Source: Candidatus Entotheonellaceae bacterium
GTDB lineage: Bacteria > Tectomicrobia > Entotheonellia > Entotheonellales > Entotheonellaceae
Assembly: GCA_965238075.1 (NCBI GenBank)
Contig: OZ250173.1
Location: 384,001-448,000 of the forward strand
DNA length: 64,000 nucleotides
Reading direction: 5' to 3'
In this document: positions 1-8,421 of the stretch, piece after piece
Position numbering within the stretch: position 1 is the first letter of the stretch
Layout of the letters: every line of letters starts with the position of its first letter
The notes under the pieces: model-generated
What the model saw: the letters and a program-made list of their open reading frames with translations, nothing else
What the model was told of the DNA's origin: nothing
The model's database searches: none
Program-made: the position numbers and the translations under genes

Positions 1-2
1 CC

Positions 3-1487
3 ACCCAGCTCGCCAAGGAGAACGGCGAGGCAATCGGTGTCAAGGTGAAGGCATCGGGCAATCGGCGCCTGCAGCCGGTGGTCAACAAGTTCTTCTACTG
101 GCTGCGTGCCAGCATGCTGGAAACCCGGCGGGTGTCGTATTGGTGGGCCAATCGCATGCTTAACACCAATCGCCCGCTCGAGGAGAAGATGGCGCTGTTC
201 TGGCACGGCCACTTCGCCACCAGCGAGGCCAAGGTGCGTGACTACCGCAAGATGCTGCTGCAGAACGAAACCTTCCGGCGTCACGCCACCGGCAACTTCC
301 GCGATCTGGTGGTGGCCGTGGCGCAGGATCCGGCGATGCTTTACTTCCTCGACGCCGGGGTCAACGTCAAGGGCGCCCCCAATGAGAACTTCGCCCGCGA
401 GATTATGGAACTCTTCACCATGGGTGTGGGCAATTACACCGAAAAGGACATCCGTGAGGCGGCGCGGGCTTTCACCGGCTGGAACTCCGATGACCTGACA
501 TTCGTGGTCAACACGTCGCAGCACGACGACGGCACCAAGAGTTTCCTTGGCAATCAGGGCGGCTTTGACGGCGTGAAGGTCATCGACCTGATCATGGCAC
601 AAGCAGTCACCGCCGAATTCATGACCGCCAAGCTCTATGGCTACCTGGTGCGGCAGGAGCTTTCCACGGCCCTGAACGGCAAACTGGCCGCGATCTTGCG
701 TGACAACAACTACGACATGAAGCCGCTGCTGCAGACGGTCTTCCTGTCCAGGGACTTCTTCAGCCCCGCCAGCATGGGCACCCATATCAAGAGCCCGACG
801 GAACTGGTGGTGTCCACCTACAAGAAACTCGGCGTCGATGAGGTACCGGGCATTCCCGATTTCAACCTGGTGGTCGCCGCACTGGGGCAGGATTTGTTTT
901 GGCCGCCCACCGTCGCGGGCTGGGCGCATGGGCGCAGCTGGATCACGCCGGGACTGCTGCTGGAGCGAGGCAATTTCGCCCGCGCCGTGCTCTTTCCGGA
1001 CATCGACTTCATCCCCCGCGACCGCTATCAAGCCAGCTTGATGCTGCGCGAGGTGCACGCCCGCATCAAGCAGGGCTTGGACATTACCAGTGCCACGCTG
1101 CCGGGATACGGCAACGGCGGTATGATGATGGCCGAATCGAACATGATGGCCGACCGCGACGAGGATTTTAATACGCGCTTCGGCAGCTACCGGGGCTGGC
1201 AGATGGCGATCGAGCGGGTAAAACCCCTGCCGCGCCACACGGCACGGCTCAACCTGAGCGCCGTGGTCATGGAAGCAGAGCTGCGCAATACCGAGGAGGT
1301 CGTGGACTACTTCCTCGAGCGCTTGATGCGGACGCCGCTCGGCAAGACGGAACGGAACCTGCTGGTTACCTTTCTGGACAGCGAGCTGGGGACCTCGGAC
1401 ATCACGATGGCCGAGACGTACCTCGAAGCGCCTCTGCGCGCGCTCGTTCATCTCATCATGAGCCAACCCGAGTACCAGCTCGGCTGA
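3..1487 (+). CDS. DUF1800 family protein (5' end lies outside the window)
   Basis: Frame is open from position 3. Motifs LEEKMALFWHGHFATS, DPAMLYFLD, NENFAREIMELFTMG, ARAFTGW, PPTVAGW and C-terminal PEYQL; followed by a DUF1501 gene. Confidence 0.9.
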   Translation, partial: TQLAKENGEAIGVKVKASGNRRLQPVVNKFFYWLRASMLETRRVSYWWANRMLNTNRPLEEKMALFWHGHFATSEAKVRDYRKMLLQNETFRRHATGNFRDLVVAVAQDPAMLYFLDAGVNVKGAPNENFAREIMELFTMGVGNYTEKDIREAARAFTGWNSDDLTFVVNTSQHDDGTKSFLGNQGGFDGVKVIDLIMAQAVTAEFMTAKLYGYLVRQELSTALNGKLAAILRDNNYDMKPLLQTVFLSRDFFSPASMGTHIKSPTELVVSTYKKLGVDEVPGIPDFNLVVAALGQDLFWPPTVAGWAHGRSWITPGLLLERGNFARAVLFPDIDFIPRDRYQASLMLREVHARIKQGLDITSATLPGYGNGGMMMAESNMMADRDEDFNTRFGSYRGWQMAIERVKPLPRHTARLNLSAVVMEAELRNTEEVVDYFLERLMRTPLGKTERNLLVTFLDSELGTSDITMAETYLEAPLRALVHLIMSQPEYQLG

Positions 1488-1528
1488 CCGCTCGCTGGCT
1501 GCCACATTTTCAACAAGGAGACACGGTC

Positions 1529-2776
1529 ATGAGAAACACGTTTTCTGCACAACAGGACCTGACCCGACGCGATACGCTGAAGACCGGCTTACTGGGCATG
1601 GGCGCAGCGGGTGCCCTCGGGCTGCCGCCATTCTTCGGGCGGGCCGCCAATGCCATGGTGAAATACAGCGGGAACCACAATGACAACCGCATTCTGGTGG
1701 TCCTGGAACTGTCGGGCGGCAACGACGGGCTGAACACCCTCGTTCCCTACGGCGACGATGCGTACTACCGTCAGCGGCCGACCATCGGCATCAAGCCGGA
1801 GAAGGTACTCAAAGTCGACGACCACTTTGGTTTCAATCCGGGCCTGGTGGGATTCGAGCGGCTGTACAAGGATGGCAAGATGGCCGTGGTGCACGGCTGC
1901 GGCTACGACAATCCGTCGTTTTCGCACTTCACATCCATGGCGTATTGGCACACCGCGGCGCCGAACAGCGGTGCGGAATACGGCTGGCTGGGCCGCCTGG
2001 CGGACGCCGTCAAGCCGGGCGGCGCGTCGAACTACATTGTCAACATCGACGCCACCCAATCACTGGCCGTGCGCAGCCGCGACCACGTGCCCGTGGTCTT
2101 TGACGCGCCGGACAAATTCGCCCGCGAAGGGTTCCATTCGCAACAGCCGCTGTTCCAGCACGTCGCCGATTCCAACGGCGCAGCCAATCCGTCGCGGGAC
2201 TACTTGCTGAACATTGCCCAGAGCGCCCTCGACGCCTCGGCGCTGGTACGGCAGGCCTGGACCGATTACAGCTCGCCGGTTGACTACGGCATCGTGCCGC
2301 TCGATCTGCCCAAGATCGCTTCGCTGATCCACGCCGACATGCCGACGCGGCTGTACTACACCACGTTCCGCAACAACGCCTTCGACACCCACGTGCATCA
2401 AGGCAACCTGCACCAACGTCTGCTCACCTACGCCGCCGATGCCGTTGCAGGCTTCATGGCTGACATCGAGCGAATCGGCCGCGCCGACGACGTCGTCATG
2501 CTGCTCTTTTCCGAGTTCGGTCGCCGGGTGCCGGAAAACACCAGCCTCGGAACCGACCACGGCGCTGCCGGCCTCATGTTCATGATCGGCAAGCCCGTCA
2601 AGGGCGGCCATTACGGCCAGCTCCCCAGCCTTACGGAACTGGATCCCGGCGACAATCTCATCTACACCACCGACTTCCGCCGCGTCTACGCCACCGCTAT
2701 CGACGGCTGGCTCGGCTACGAAGACACCCACACCCTCCTGGACGGCGACTTCAAGCCGTTCGATATGTTCGCGTAG
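1529..2776 (+). CDS. DUF1501 family protein with twin-arginine signal
   Basis: RBS AAGGAG; TRRDTLK Tat motif; LSGGNDGLN, SHF, FDTH, SEFGRR and GTDHG motifs. Confidence 0.9.
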   Translation: MRNTFSAQQDLTRRDTLKTGLLGMGAAGALGLPPFFGRAANAMVKYSGNHNDNRILVVLELSGGNDGLNTLVPYGDDAYYRQRPTIGIKPEKVLKVDDHFGFNPGLVGFERLYKDGKMAVVHGCGYDNPSFSHFTSMAYWHTAAPNSGAEYGWLGRLADAVKPGGASNYIVNIDATQSLAVRSRDHVPVVFDAPDKFAREGFHSQQPLFQHVADSNGAANPSRDYLLNIAQSALDASALVRQAWTDYSSPVDYGIVPLDLPKIASLIHADMPTRLYYTTFRNNAFDTHVHQGNLHQRLLTYAADAVAGFMADIERIGRADDVVMLLFSEFGRRVPENTSLGTDHGAAGLMFMIGKPVKGGHYGQLPSLTELDPGDNLIYTTDFRRVYATAIDGWLGYEDTHTLLDGDFKPFDMFA

Positions 2777-2799
2777 CGGTCGACGCCACTGCCTCACAA

Positions 2800-2839
2800 G
2801 CCACCGCCCCGGCAGCCTCACGGTTGCCGGGGCGGTGGC
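2800..2839. terminator. 18-bp GC-rich hairpin after DUF1501 (terminator-like, no U-tract)
   Basis: GCCACCGCCCCGGCAGCC-TCAC-GGTTGCCGGGGCGGTGGC, one G-T wobble. Confidence 0.5.
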
Positions 2840-2944
2840 ATTGGTGAACTCTGTCAGAGTCTTCACAAAATCCGCGCTTAAATTCGCCACTCTCCTACCG
2901 ATCCCATGCGGCGAAACACCTGTTCTTCCCATCCTGCTTGCGAC

Positions 2945-3466
2945 AGTCGAAGATGATCGGGCGACAATGGTCGCTCGAACAGGTCCAGCGAGCTTATTGG
3001 GCATCCTCGTGACGGCTTAGCGCGTCGAGCACTTCGATCCGGGCGTCCTCCCGCTCGAAGTCCAGCCATCCCCGGGCGTCCCGAACAGCAGTTCTGGGCT
3101 CGCCCGCTTCATGCGCCCGCCACGCCTCTGCCGCTCTGTCCGCCGTAAGCAGCCGGCGGGCAATTTCCACCGCAACCCTCGGAATCTTCCTCGTTTCCTC
3201 GTCATGACTGAGCGATGTAGGCATCGACATCGCTCTGAGCACCTGCGACATCCATCAATGCGAGACGGCCCGCCATGCTGTCAGCGGACTGCTCAGACCG
3301 CATGCGTGGTTTCAAGCGCTCCAGCGCCTTGCGCCAGAGGGCCGACGCAAGAACGCGGATCAACGAGTCGTACTGGCTATAGTCATTCGCGTCCGATGCC
3401 TAGAAGACATCGGCGGCGAGGGTCGTTGGGCCGGGCGTCGCCGTTTTCGCAATCTCCCCGAGGGCG
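2945..3466 (-). pseudogene. Internal fragment of a decayed gene, resembling the DUF6880 family
   Basis: Manual translation: ALGEIAKTATPGPTTLAADVF*ASDANDYSQYDSLIRVLASAL...RLALMDVAGAQSDVDAYIAQ /fs/ DEETRKIPRVAVEIARRLL...DFEREDARIEVLDALSRHEDAQ*ARWT /fs/ FERPLSPDHLR. Two internal stops and two frameshifts; family recalled from memory. Confidence 0.6.
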
Positions 3467-3488
3467 TGGGCGGCTTCACCGAACCGGA

Positions 3489-4181
3489 CTATTGCCGCGC
3501 CAACGTCAGAGAGAGGTCGACGATGGCGAAATCGGCGGTGGCGAAACCGGGAACGGGGTTGCCGTCCATGGTCATCTGGATGTTGGGAAACGGTGCCTGG
3601 TGGAAGGCCAGGCAGACGCGCTCAATGCCAGACACAATGAGTTGGGCAAGAGGGGAATCGCCAGCGTGCATGTAATGGGCACCAGCGCTGGTGATCATCA
3701 CCCGATCGTCAGAGGTGGCGACGCGAACCTTGATCGTGCGATCGTCGGAAAGGCCCATGGCTTCAATGCGAACGGCTAGCTCGACGGTCTGCATCGGGTC
3801 GGATGAAGCCGGTTCGTAACCAGTCAAGCTCAGGGGCGAAATGGTCCACATCGAGAACTGATTCACCAGGAAGGCGCCTTGGCGAATATTGGCGTCCCGA
3901 GCTGGATTACCGGTGTTGAACGACGTGATATCCAGCACCAGGTAGCCGCTCATCGCACCAGTCGCCGGATCGAACTCCACCGGACCCGGCTGGATGTTGA
4001 TGGCGCCGCGCACCGGAACACCCATGCGGGCCGTGGGTTTCATCTTGAAGCCGGTGGCGCCCACCTCGCCGCTGACGACGCGCAGGGTTTCGGCATAGCC
4101 AGTAGCGGTAACGAACAAAGCCGCCACAATCATCACCAAGGCCGCTCCAACAACGCGGCTTCCCAGGGTATCCCTACTCAT
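3489..4181 (-). CDS. YceI-like secreted lipid/polyisoprenoid-binding protein
   Basis: N-terminal signal peptide; DITSFNTGNPARDANIR matches the YceI TG(N)xxRDxHL motif. Confidence 0.65.
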   Translation of the reverse strand: MSRDTLGSRVVGAALVMIVAALFVTATGYAETLRVVSGEVGATGFKMKPTARMGVPVRGAINIQPGPVEFDPATGAMSGYLVLDITSFNTGNPARDANIRQGAFLVNQFSMWTISPLSLTGYEPASSDPMQTVELAVRIEAMGLSDDRTIKVRVATSDDRVMITSAGAHYMHAGDSPLAQLIVSGIERVCLAFHQAPFPNIQMTMDGNPVPGFATADFAIVDLSLTLARQ

Positions 4182-4205
4182 GCTTCGCTCCTCTGTGGTG
4201 TCCGT

Positions 4206-4670
4206 CTATTCAACGGTTATTGTCTCGATCATCACGTCTTCGCGCGGGCGGTCTCTGCCGTCCGTTTCCACTTGGCCGGCGGTGCGGACAACGTCCAGCC
4301 CCTCCACGACCTTGCCGAACACGGCGTGCCGCCCGTCCAGCCAGTTGGTGGCCGCAAGCGTGATGAAGAACTGCGAGCCGCCCGTGTTCGGTCCGGCGTT
4401 GGCCATGGACAGAATGCCCAGGCCGTCGTGCTTCAATTCGGGGTGGAATTCGTCGTCGATGGTGTAGCCCGGGCCGCCCATGCCCGTGCCCTGCGGACAA
4501 CCGCCCTGGATCATGAATCCGTTGATGATGCGGTGAAAAATGAGGCCGTCATAAAATCCCGACTCGACCAATTGGATGAAATTCCCAGTCGTCTTGGGTG
4601 CCTTGTCTTCGTTGAGTTCCACCCGAAATACGCCTTTGGACGTCGTAAATTGTGCGTGTCGGTTTGCCAT
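4206..4670 (-). CDS. ppiB: Cyclophilin-type peptidyl-prolyl cis-trans isomerase
   Basis: [50 protein letters not shown]; start taken at ATG 4670 after GAGGAG. Confidence 0.95.
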   Translation of the reverse strand: MANRHAQFTTSKGVFRVELNEDKAPKTTGNFIQLVESGFYDGLIFHRIINGFMIQGGCPQGTGMGGPGYTIDDEFHPELKHDGLGILSMANAGPNTGGSQFFITLAATNWLDGRHAVFGKVVEGLDVVRTAGQVETDGRDRPREDVMIETITVE

Positions 4671-4869
4671 GGTCTCCTCGTGGGTACTCGCTGGTGAGCT
4701 GGGCGCGGAATTGAAAGAACGGATTATACGCCGAAGCACGGTGATGATCTACGTGCTCCGAACCAACTGCTGCAGGGAGACTGTGCTATGATGGAGCCGC
4801 TTTAGCAGGAGCGTTTCTGTTCTCATTTCCTTTGGCAGAATTGAGAAAAATTGAAAAAAGGAGAGCGGC

Positions 4870-5775
4870 ATGCGGGCTGAAGATATTCTGGCTCACCCAC
4901 CCAAGGTGCTGACGCAGGAACAAAGAGAATTCTATTTCCAAAACGGCTATCTGCTCGTCGAAAACTTCCTCTCCGAGGCATGGCTGGACCGCCTGTGGCA
5001 GGTCACGAACAACTTTATTGAACAAAGCCGCTCGCGCACCGATTCGGACAGCGTCTTCGATCTCGAACGCGGCCACAATGCCGACAATCCTCGCCTGCGC
5101 CGCCTGTCTTTCCCCACCGAGCAACACCCGCTTTATCGCGATTTCGCAGCCCACGGCCCCATCGTTGACGCGGCCGAAGACCTGGTTGGACCGGACGTTA
5201 AATTTCATCATTCCAAGCTCAACTTCAAATGGGCCGACGGCGGCGAGGAGATCAAGTGGCACCAGGACATCCAGTTCTGGCCGCACACCAACTACTCTCC
5301 GCTCACCATTGGCGTGTACATGCACGACGTGGACGACGAAATGGGTCCCATGGGCGTCATCCCGGGCAGCCACAACGGGGAGCTCTTCGACCTGTACGGC
5401 GACGACGGACAATGGACCGGCGCCATCAAGGACCGAGATCTGCCGCGCGTCGATCTGGACAAAGCCGTTTACCTGAAAGGCCCGCGCGGTTCGATCACCA
5501 TCCACAACAGCCGCACCATCCACGGCTCCATGCCGAACCTCTCGCACCGGTCGCGTCCCCTGCTCCTCCACACGTATGCCTCGGCGGACGCCCTGCACAT
5601 CACCAACCTCACCGACCGGTTCCAGTTTTCCAATGTCATCGTGCGCGGTCAGCCCGCCAGGTGGATTCATTTCGATCCGCGGCCGTGTCTGATACCACCG
5701 GACTGGTCGGAGGGCTACTCGTCGATTTTCGCACTGCAACAAGAAGAGGAAGCGGCCGGCCAGCCCAGCATGTAG
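4870..5775 (+). CDS. Phytanoyl-CoA dioxygenase (PhyH) family Fe(II)/2-oxoglutarate dioxygenase
   Basis: KLNFK, WHQD (HxD), IPGSH, and HGSMPN..R motifs. Confidence 0.9.
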   Translation: MRAEDILAHPPKVLTQEQREFYFQNGYLLVENFLSEAWLDRLWQVTNNFIEQSRSRTDSDSVFDLERGHNADNPRLRRLSFPTEQHPLYRDFAAHGPIVDAAEDLVGPDVKFHHSKLNFKWADGGEEIKWHQDIQFWPHTNYSPLTIGVYMHDVDDEMGPMGVIPGSHNGELFDLYGDDGQWTGAIKDRDLPRVDLDKAVYLKGPRGSITIHNSRTIHGSMPNLSHRSRPLLLHTYASADALHITNLTDRFQFSNVIVRGQPARWIHFDPRPCLIPPDWSEGYSSIFALQQEEEAAGQPSM

Positions 5776-5803
5776 CCGGAACGCTCCGAACCGCAATCTG
5801 ACA
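5772..5803 (+). repeat. Degenerate GTAG-type REP-like element overlapping the stop codon
   Basis: GTAGCCGGAACGCTCCGAACCGCAATCTGACA resembles the copies at 6893 and 8354. Confidence 0.4.
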
Positions 5804-5828
5804 CGCCATCGGCGCAAGGGGAACGGGC

Positions 5829-6872
5829 ATGACGAAACGCATCGTATTCATGGGCGCGGGAGCCGTGGGTGGCTACGTCGGCGGGCACATGGCGCGCGCC
5901 GGGTTGGACGTCACCCTTATCGATCCCTGGCCGGACCATATCGAGGCCATCAAGCGCGATGGCCTTCATCTGAGCGGCACGCAGGGCGACCTTACTGTGC
6001 ATCCCAAGGCGCTGCATTTGCACGAGGTGCAGAGCCTGTTCAAGGAACCGGTGGATATCGCCTTCATCTGCACCAAGTCGTACGACACGGAATGGGCCAC
6101 GACGATGATCGCCCAATACCTGAAGCCGCACGGCGTGGTGGTGTCGCTGCAAAACAGCATCAATGAAGAGCGCATCGCCGGGCTCGTCGGCTGGGGCAAG
6201 GTGGTGGGCTGCATCGCCAGCACGATCGGCGTCGACGCCTTCAAGGCGGGGCATGTCATGCGCACCCTGCAGCCCGGCGGCGCCTCGTACACGGTGTTTC
6301 GTGTCGGCGAGCCGCACGGGCGGGTGACGCCGCGCGTGCAGGAATTGGCGGACATGCTCGGCAATGTGGACAGCGCCAAAGTCACCACCAACCTGTGGGG
6401 CGAACGGTGGTCCAAGCTGACCGTCAACGGTATGGGCAACGGCATTTCCGCGGCCACCGGCATGAACAGCCTGGCGATGACCGAACAGAAGGTGACCCGC
6501 CGCCTGTCGATCCGTCTGGCGGGGGAGGCCGTGCGCGTCGGCCAGGCGTTGGGCTATGAATTGGAAAGCATCCGCGGTATGCCGCCCGAAAAGTGGGTGG
6601 ACGCGGGTGCGGGCGATGCTGCCGCCCTGGAAGAAATCGAGGGCGTCATGCTGGCCGGCATGAAGCGCATGACCGAATCGGGGCGGCCATCCACCGGCCA
6701 GGACATCATCAAGGGCCGACGCACCGAGATCGCCTTCATCAACGGACTGGTAGCCGCCAAGGGCGAGGAAATCGGCGTCCCGGCGCCTGCACACGCGGCC
6801 CTGACGGAGGTGGTGAAGGGCGTCGAGCGCGGCGACATGGCACCCGATCCGGCCAACGTCGCGGCCATTTGA
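5829..6872 (+). CDS. Ketopantoate reductase (PanE/ApbA) family oxidoreductase
   Basis: GAGAVG, KSYD, LQN, WSKLTVN, STGQD..GRRTEIAFING. Confidence 0.88.
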   Translation: MTKRIVFMGAGAVGGYVGGHMARAGLDVTLIDPWPDHIEAIKRDGLHLSGTQGDLTVHPKALHLHEVQSLFKEPVDIAFICTKSYDTEWATTMIAQYLKPHGVVVSLQNSINEERIAGLVGWGKVVGCIASTIGVDAFKAGHVMRTLQPGGASYTVFRVGEPHGRVTPRVQELADMLGNVDSAKVTTNLWGERWSKLTVNGMGNGISAATGMNSLAMTEQKVTRRLSIRLAGEAVRVGQALGYELESIRGMPPEKWVDAGAGDAAALEEIEGVMLAGMKRMTESGRPSTGQDIIKGRRTEIAFINGLVAAKGEEIGVPAPAHAALTEVVKGVERGDMAPDPANVAAI

Positions 6873-6892
6873 CCGCCTGCAGCGCAGCAGTT

Positions 6893-6923
6893 GCAGGTCG
6901 GATTACCGCAGCGTAATCCGACA
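6893..6923 (+). repeat. REP-like palindrome (GTAG family; head reads GCAG)
   Basis: GCAG-GTCGGATTAC-CGCAGC-GTAATCCGAC-A with a perfect 10-bp stem. Confidence 0.65.
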
Positions 6924-6944
6924 TTTCACTGAGGAGGTAACACC

Positions 6945-8357
6945 ATGTTGGACTATCTCATTCGCGGCGGCCAAGTGGTAACCCCCGGCGGCGTGGGGCA
7001 ATGGGACATCGGCATTCGCGGCGAGAAGATCGTCGCCATCGCGGAGGCCGGCAGCCTGACTGACGAGGTCGGACGGATCATCGACGCCAGCGGCAAAGTC
7101 GTCGTGCCCGGCGGCATCGAACCGCATGCCCACGTGGCGGCGCCGATCATGGGGCATCCCGACGCGGAAACCGCACCGCCCCCGGACGTCAGCCGCGCCG
7201 CAGTGTTTGGCGGCACCACCACCCTCGTCGATTTCGCCATCCAGTTTCCCGGCCGCGACATCTTCGCCGCCATCGAGGAACGGAACGGGCGCTGGCAGGG
7301 ACAGTCGTACAGCGACTTCACCTATCACTGCATGCTCCTCGACGCTATCCCTTCCGACATTATCCTGCAGATTCCCCAGGCTATTGAAGCCGGCTTCCCC
7401 ACCTTCAAGATTTTTACGACCAATATCCGCCCGAACGTCCACGACCGCATGGCCCGCCTCGGACACGTCGTGGCCGTCATGGAAGAGGTGGCGGCGCACA
7501 ACGGCCTGCTGGTGGTGCACGCCGAGGACGACGACATCGTCCAGTTTCTCTACACCCGCCTCAAAGACCAGGGCACCTACGACTGGACACACATGCACCG
7601 CGCCCACACCAACATGTCGGAGGATATCTCCTTCCGCCGCATCATCCGGGCGGCCGAGTGGACCGGCGCGGCGGTTTATTTCGTACACGTGAGCGCCAAG
7701 GAAGGCGTGCAGGCGATCCGCGAAGCGCGCGCCAAGGGGATGCCGGTTTACGGCGAAACCCTGCACAACTACGTGTCGTTCACCGCCAATGACTACCAGA
7801 AGACGCACGGCATGCAGTACCACACCTACCCGTCGCTTAAGTCCGAAGAGGACCGCCAGGCGCTGTGGCACGGCCTGCTGAACGGCGACCTGCACACCAT
7901 GGCCACGGACGAGTATTGCACCACCTTCGAACTGAAGATCGCCGGCGAGCAGATCGACAACGTGACCGGCGGCCATAACGGCGTCGAAACGCGGATGGGC
8001 ATTACCTACACGGAAGGCGTCGTCAAGCGTGACATGCCGTTGCAGCAATACGTCGATATCACCTCGGCAAACGCCGCCCGCCTGCTCGGCCTGTACCCGC
8101 GTAAAGGCGCTATCGCCCCCGGCAGCGACGCCGACATCGTGCTCATCGACCCGACGCTGCACAAAGCGCTGAGCATGGCAGACCTGCATATCAGCGACTA
8201 TAGCATTTGGGAAGGTTGGGAAATCCGCGGCTGGCCGGTATGGACTATGCTGCGCGGCCAGGTGATGGTCGAGGATGGCCAGCTACATGGCGACCTTGGA
8301 ACCGGCCAGTTGATCCCACGCCGCATCGACCCGACGGTGCTGACCCGGCCCATGTAG
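6945..8357 (+). CDS. Dihydropyrimidinase/hydantoinase-like amidohydrolase
   Basis: PGGIEPHAH, GGTTT, FKIF, VHAE, VHVS, NAARLLGLYPRKGAIAPGSDADIV; RBS GAGGAGG. Confidence 0.88.
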   Translation: MLDYLIRGGQVVTPGGVGQWDIGIRGEKIVAIAEAGSLTDEVGRIIDASGKVVVPGGIEPHAHVAAPIMGHPDAETAPPPDVSRAAVFGGTTTLVDFAIQFPGRDIFAAIEERNGRWQGQSYSDFTYHCMLLDAIPSDIILQIPQAIEAGFPTFKIFTTNIRPNVHDRMARLGHVVAVMEEVAAHNGLLVVHAEDDDIVQFLYTRLKDQGTYDWTHMHRAHTNMSEDISFRRIIRAAEWTGAAVYFVHVSAKEGVQAIREARAKGMPVYGETLHNYVSFTANDYQKTHGMQYHTYPSLKSEEDRQALWHGLLNGDLHTMATDEYCTTFELKIAGEQIDNVTGGHNGVETRMGITYTEGVVKRDMPLQQYVDITSANAARLLGLYPRKGAIAPGSDADIVLIDPTLHKALSMADLHISDYSIWEGWEIRGWPVWTMLRGQVMVEDGQLHGDLGTGQLIPRRIDPTVLTRPM

Positions 8358-8383
8358 GCTGGGTGAGCGCAGCCTAATCCGAC
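8354..8383 (+). repeat. Degenerate GTAG-type REP-like element overlapping the stop codon
   Basis: GTAGGCTGGGTGAG-CGCAGC-CTAATCCGAC shares its loop and right arm with the 6893 copy. Confidence 0.55.
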
Positions 8384-8421
8384 CTCTGGCTTCTGTTTCA
8401 GTCACCCCGAAGCCAAACGGA

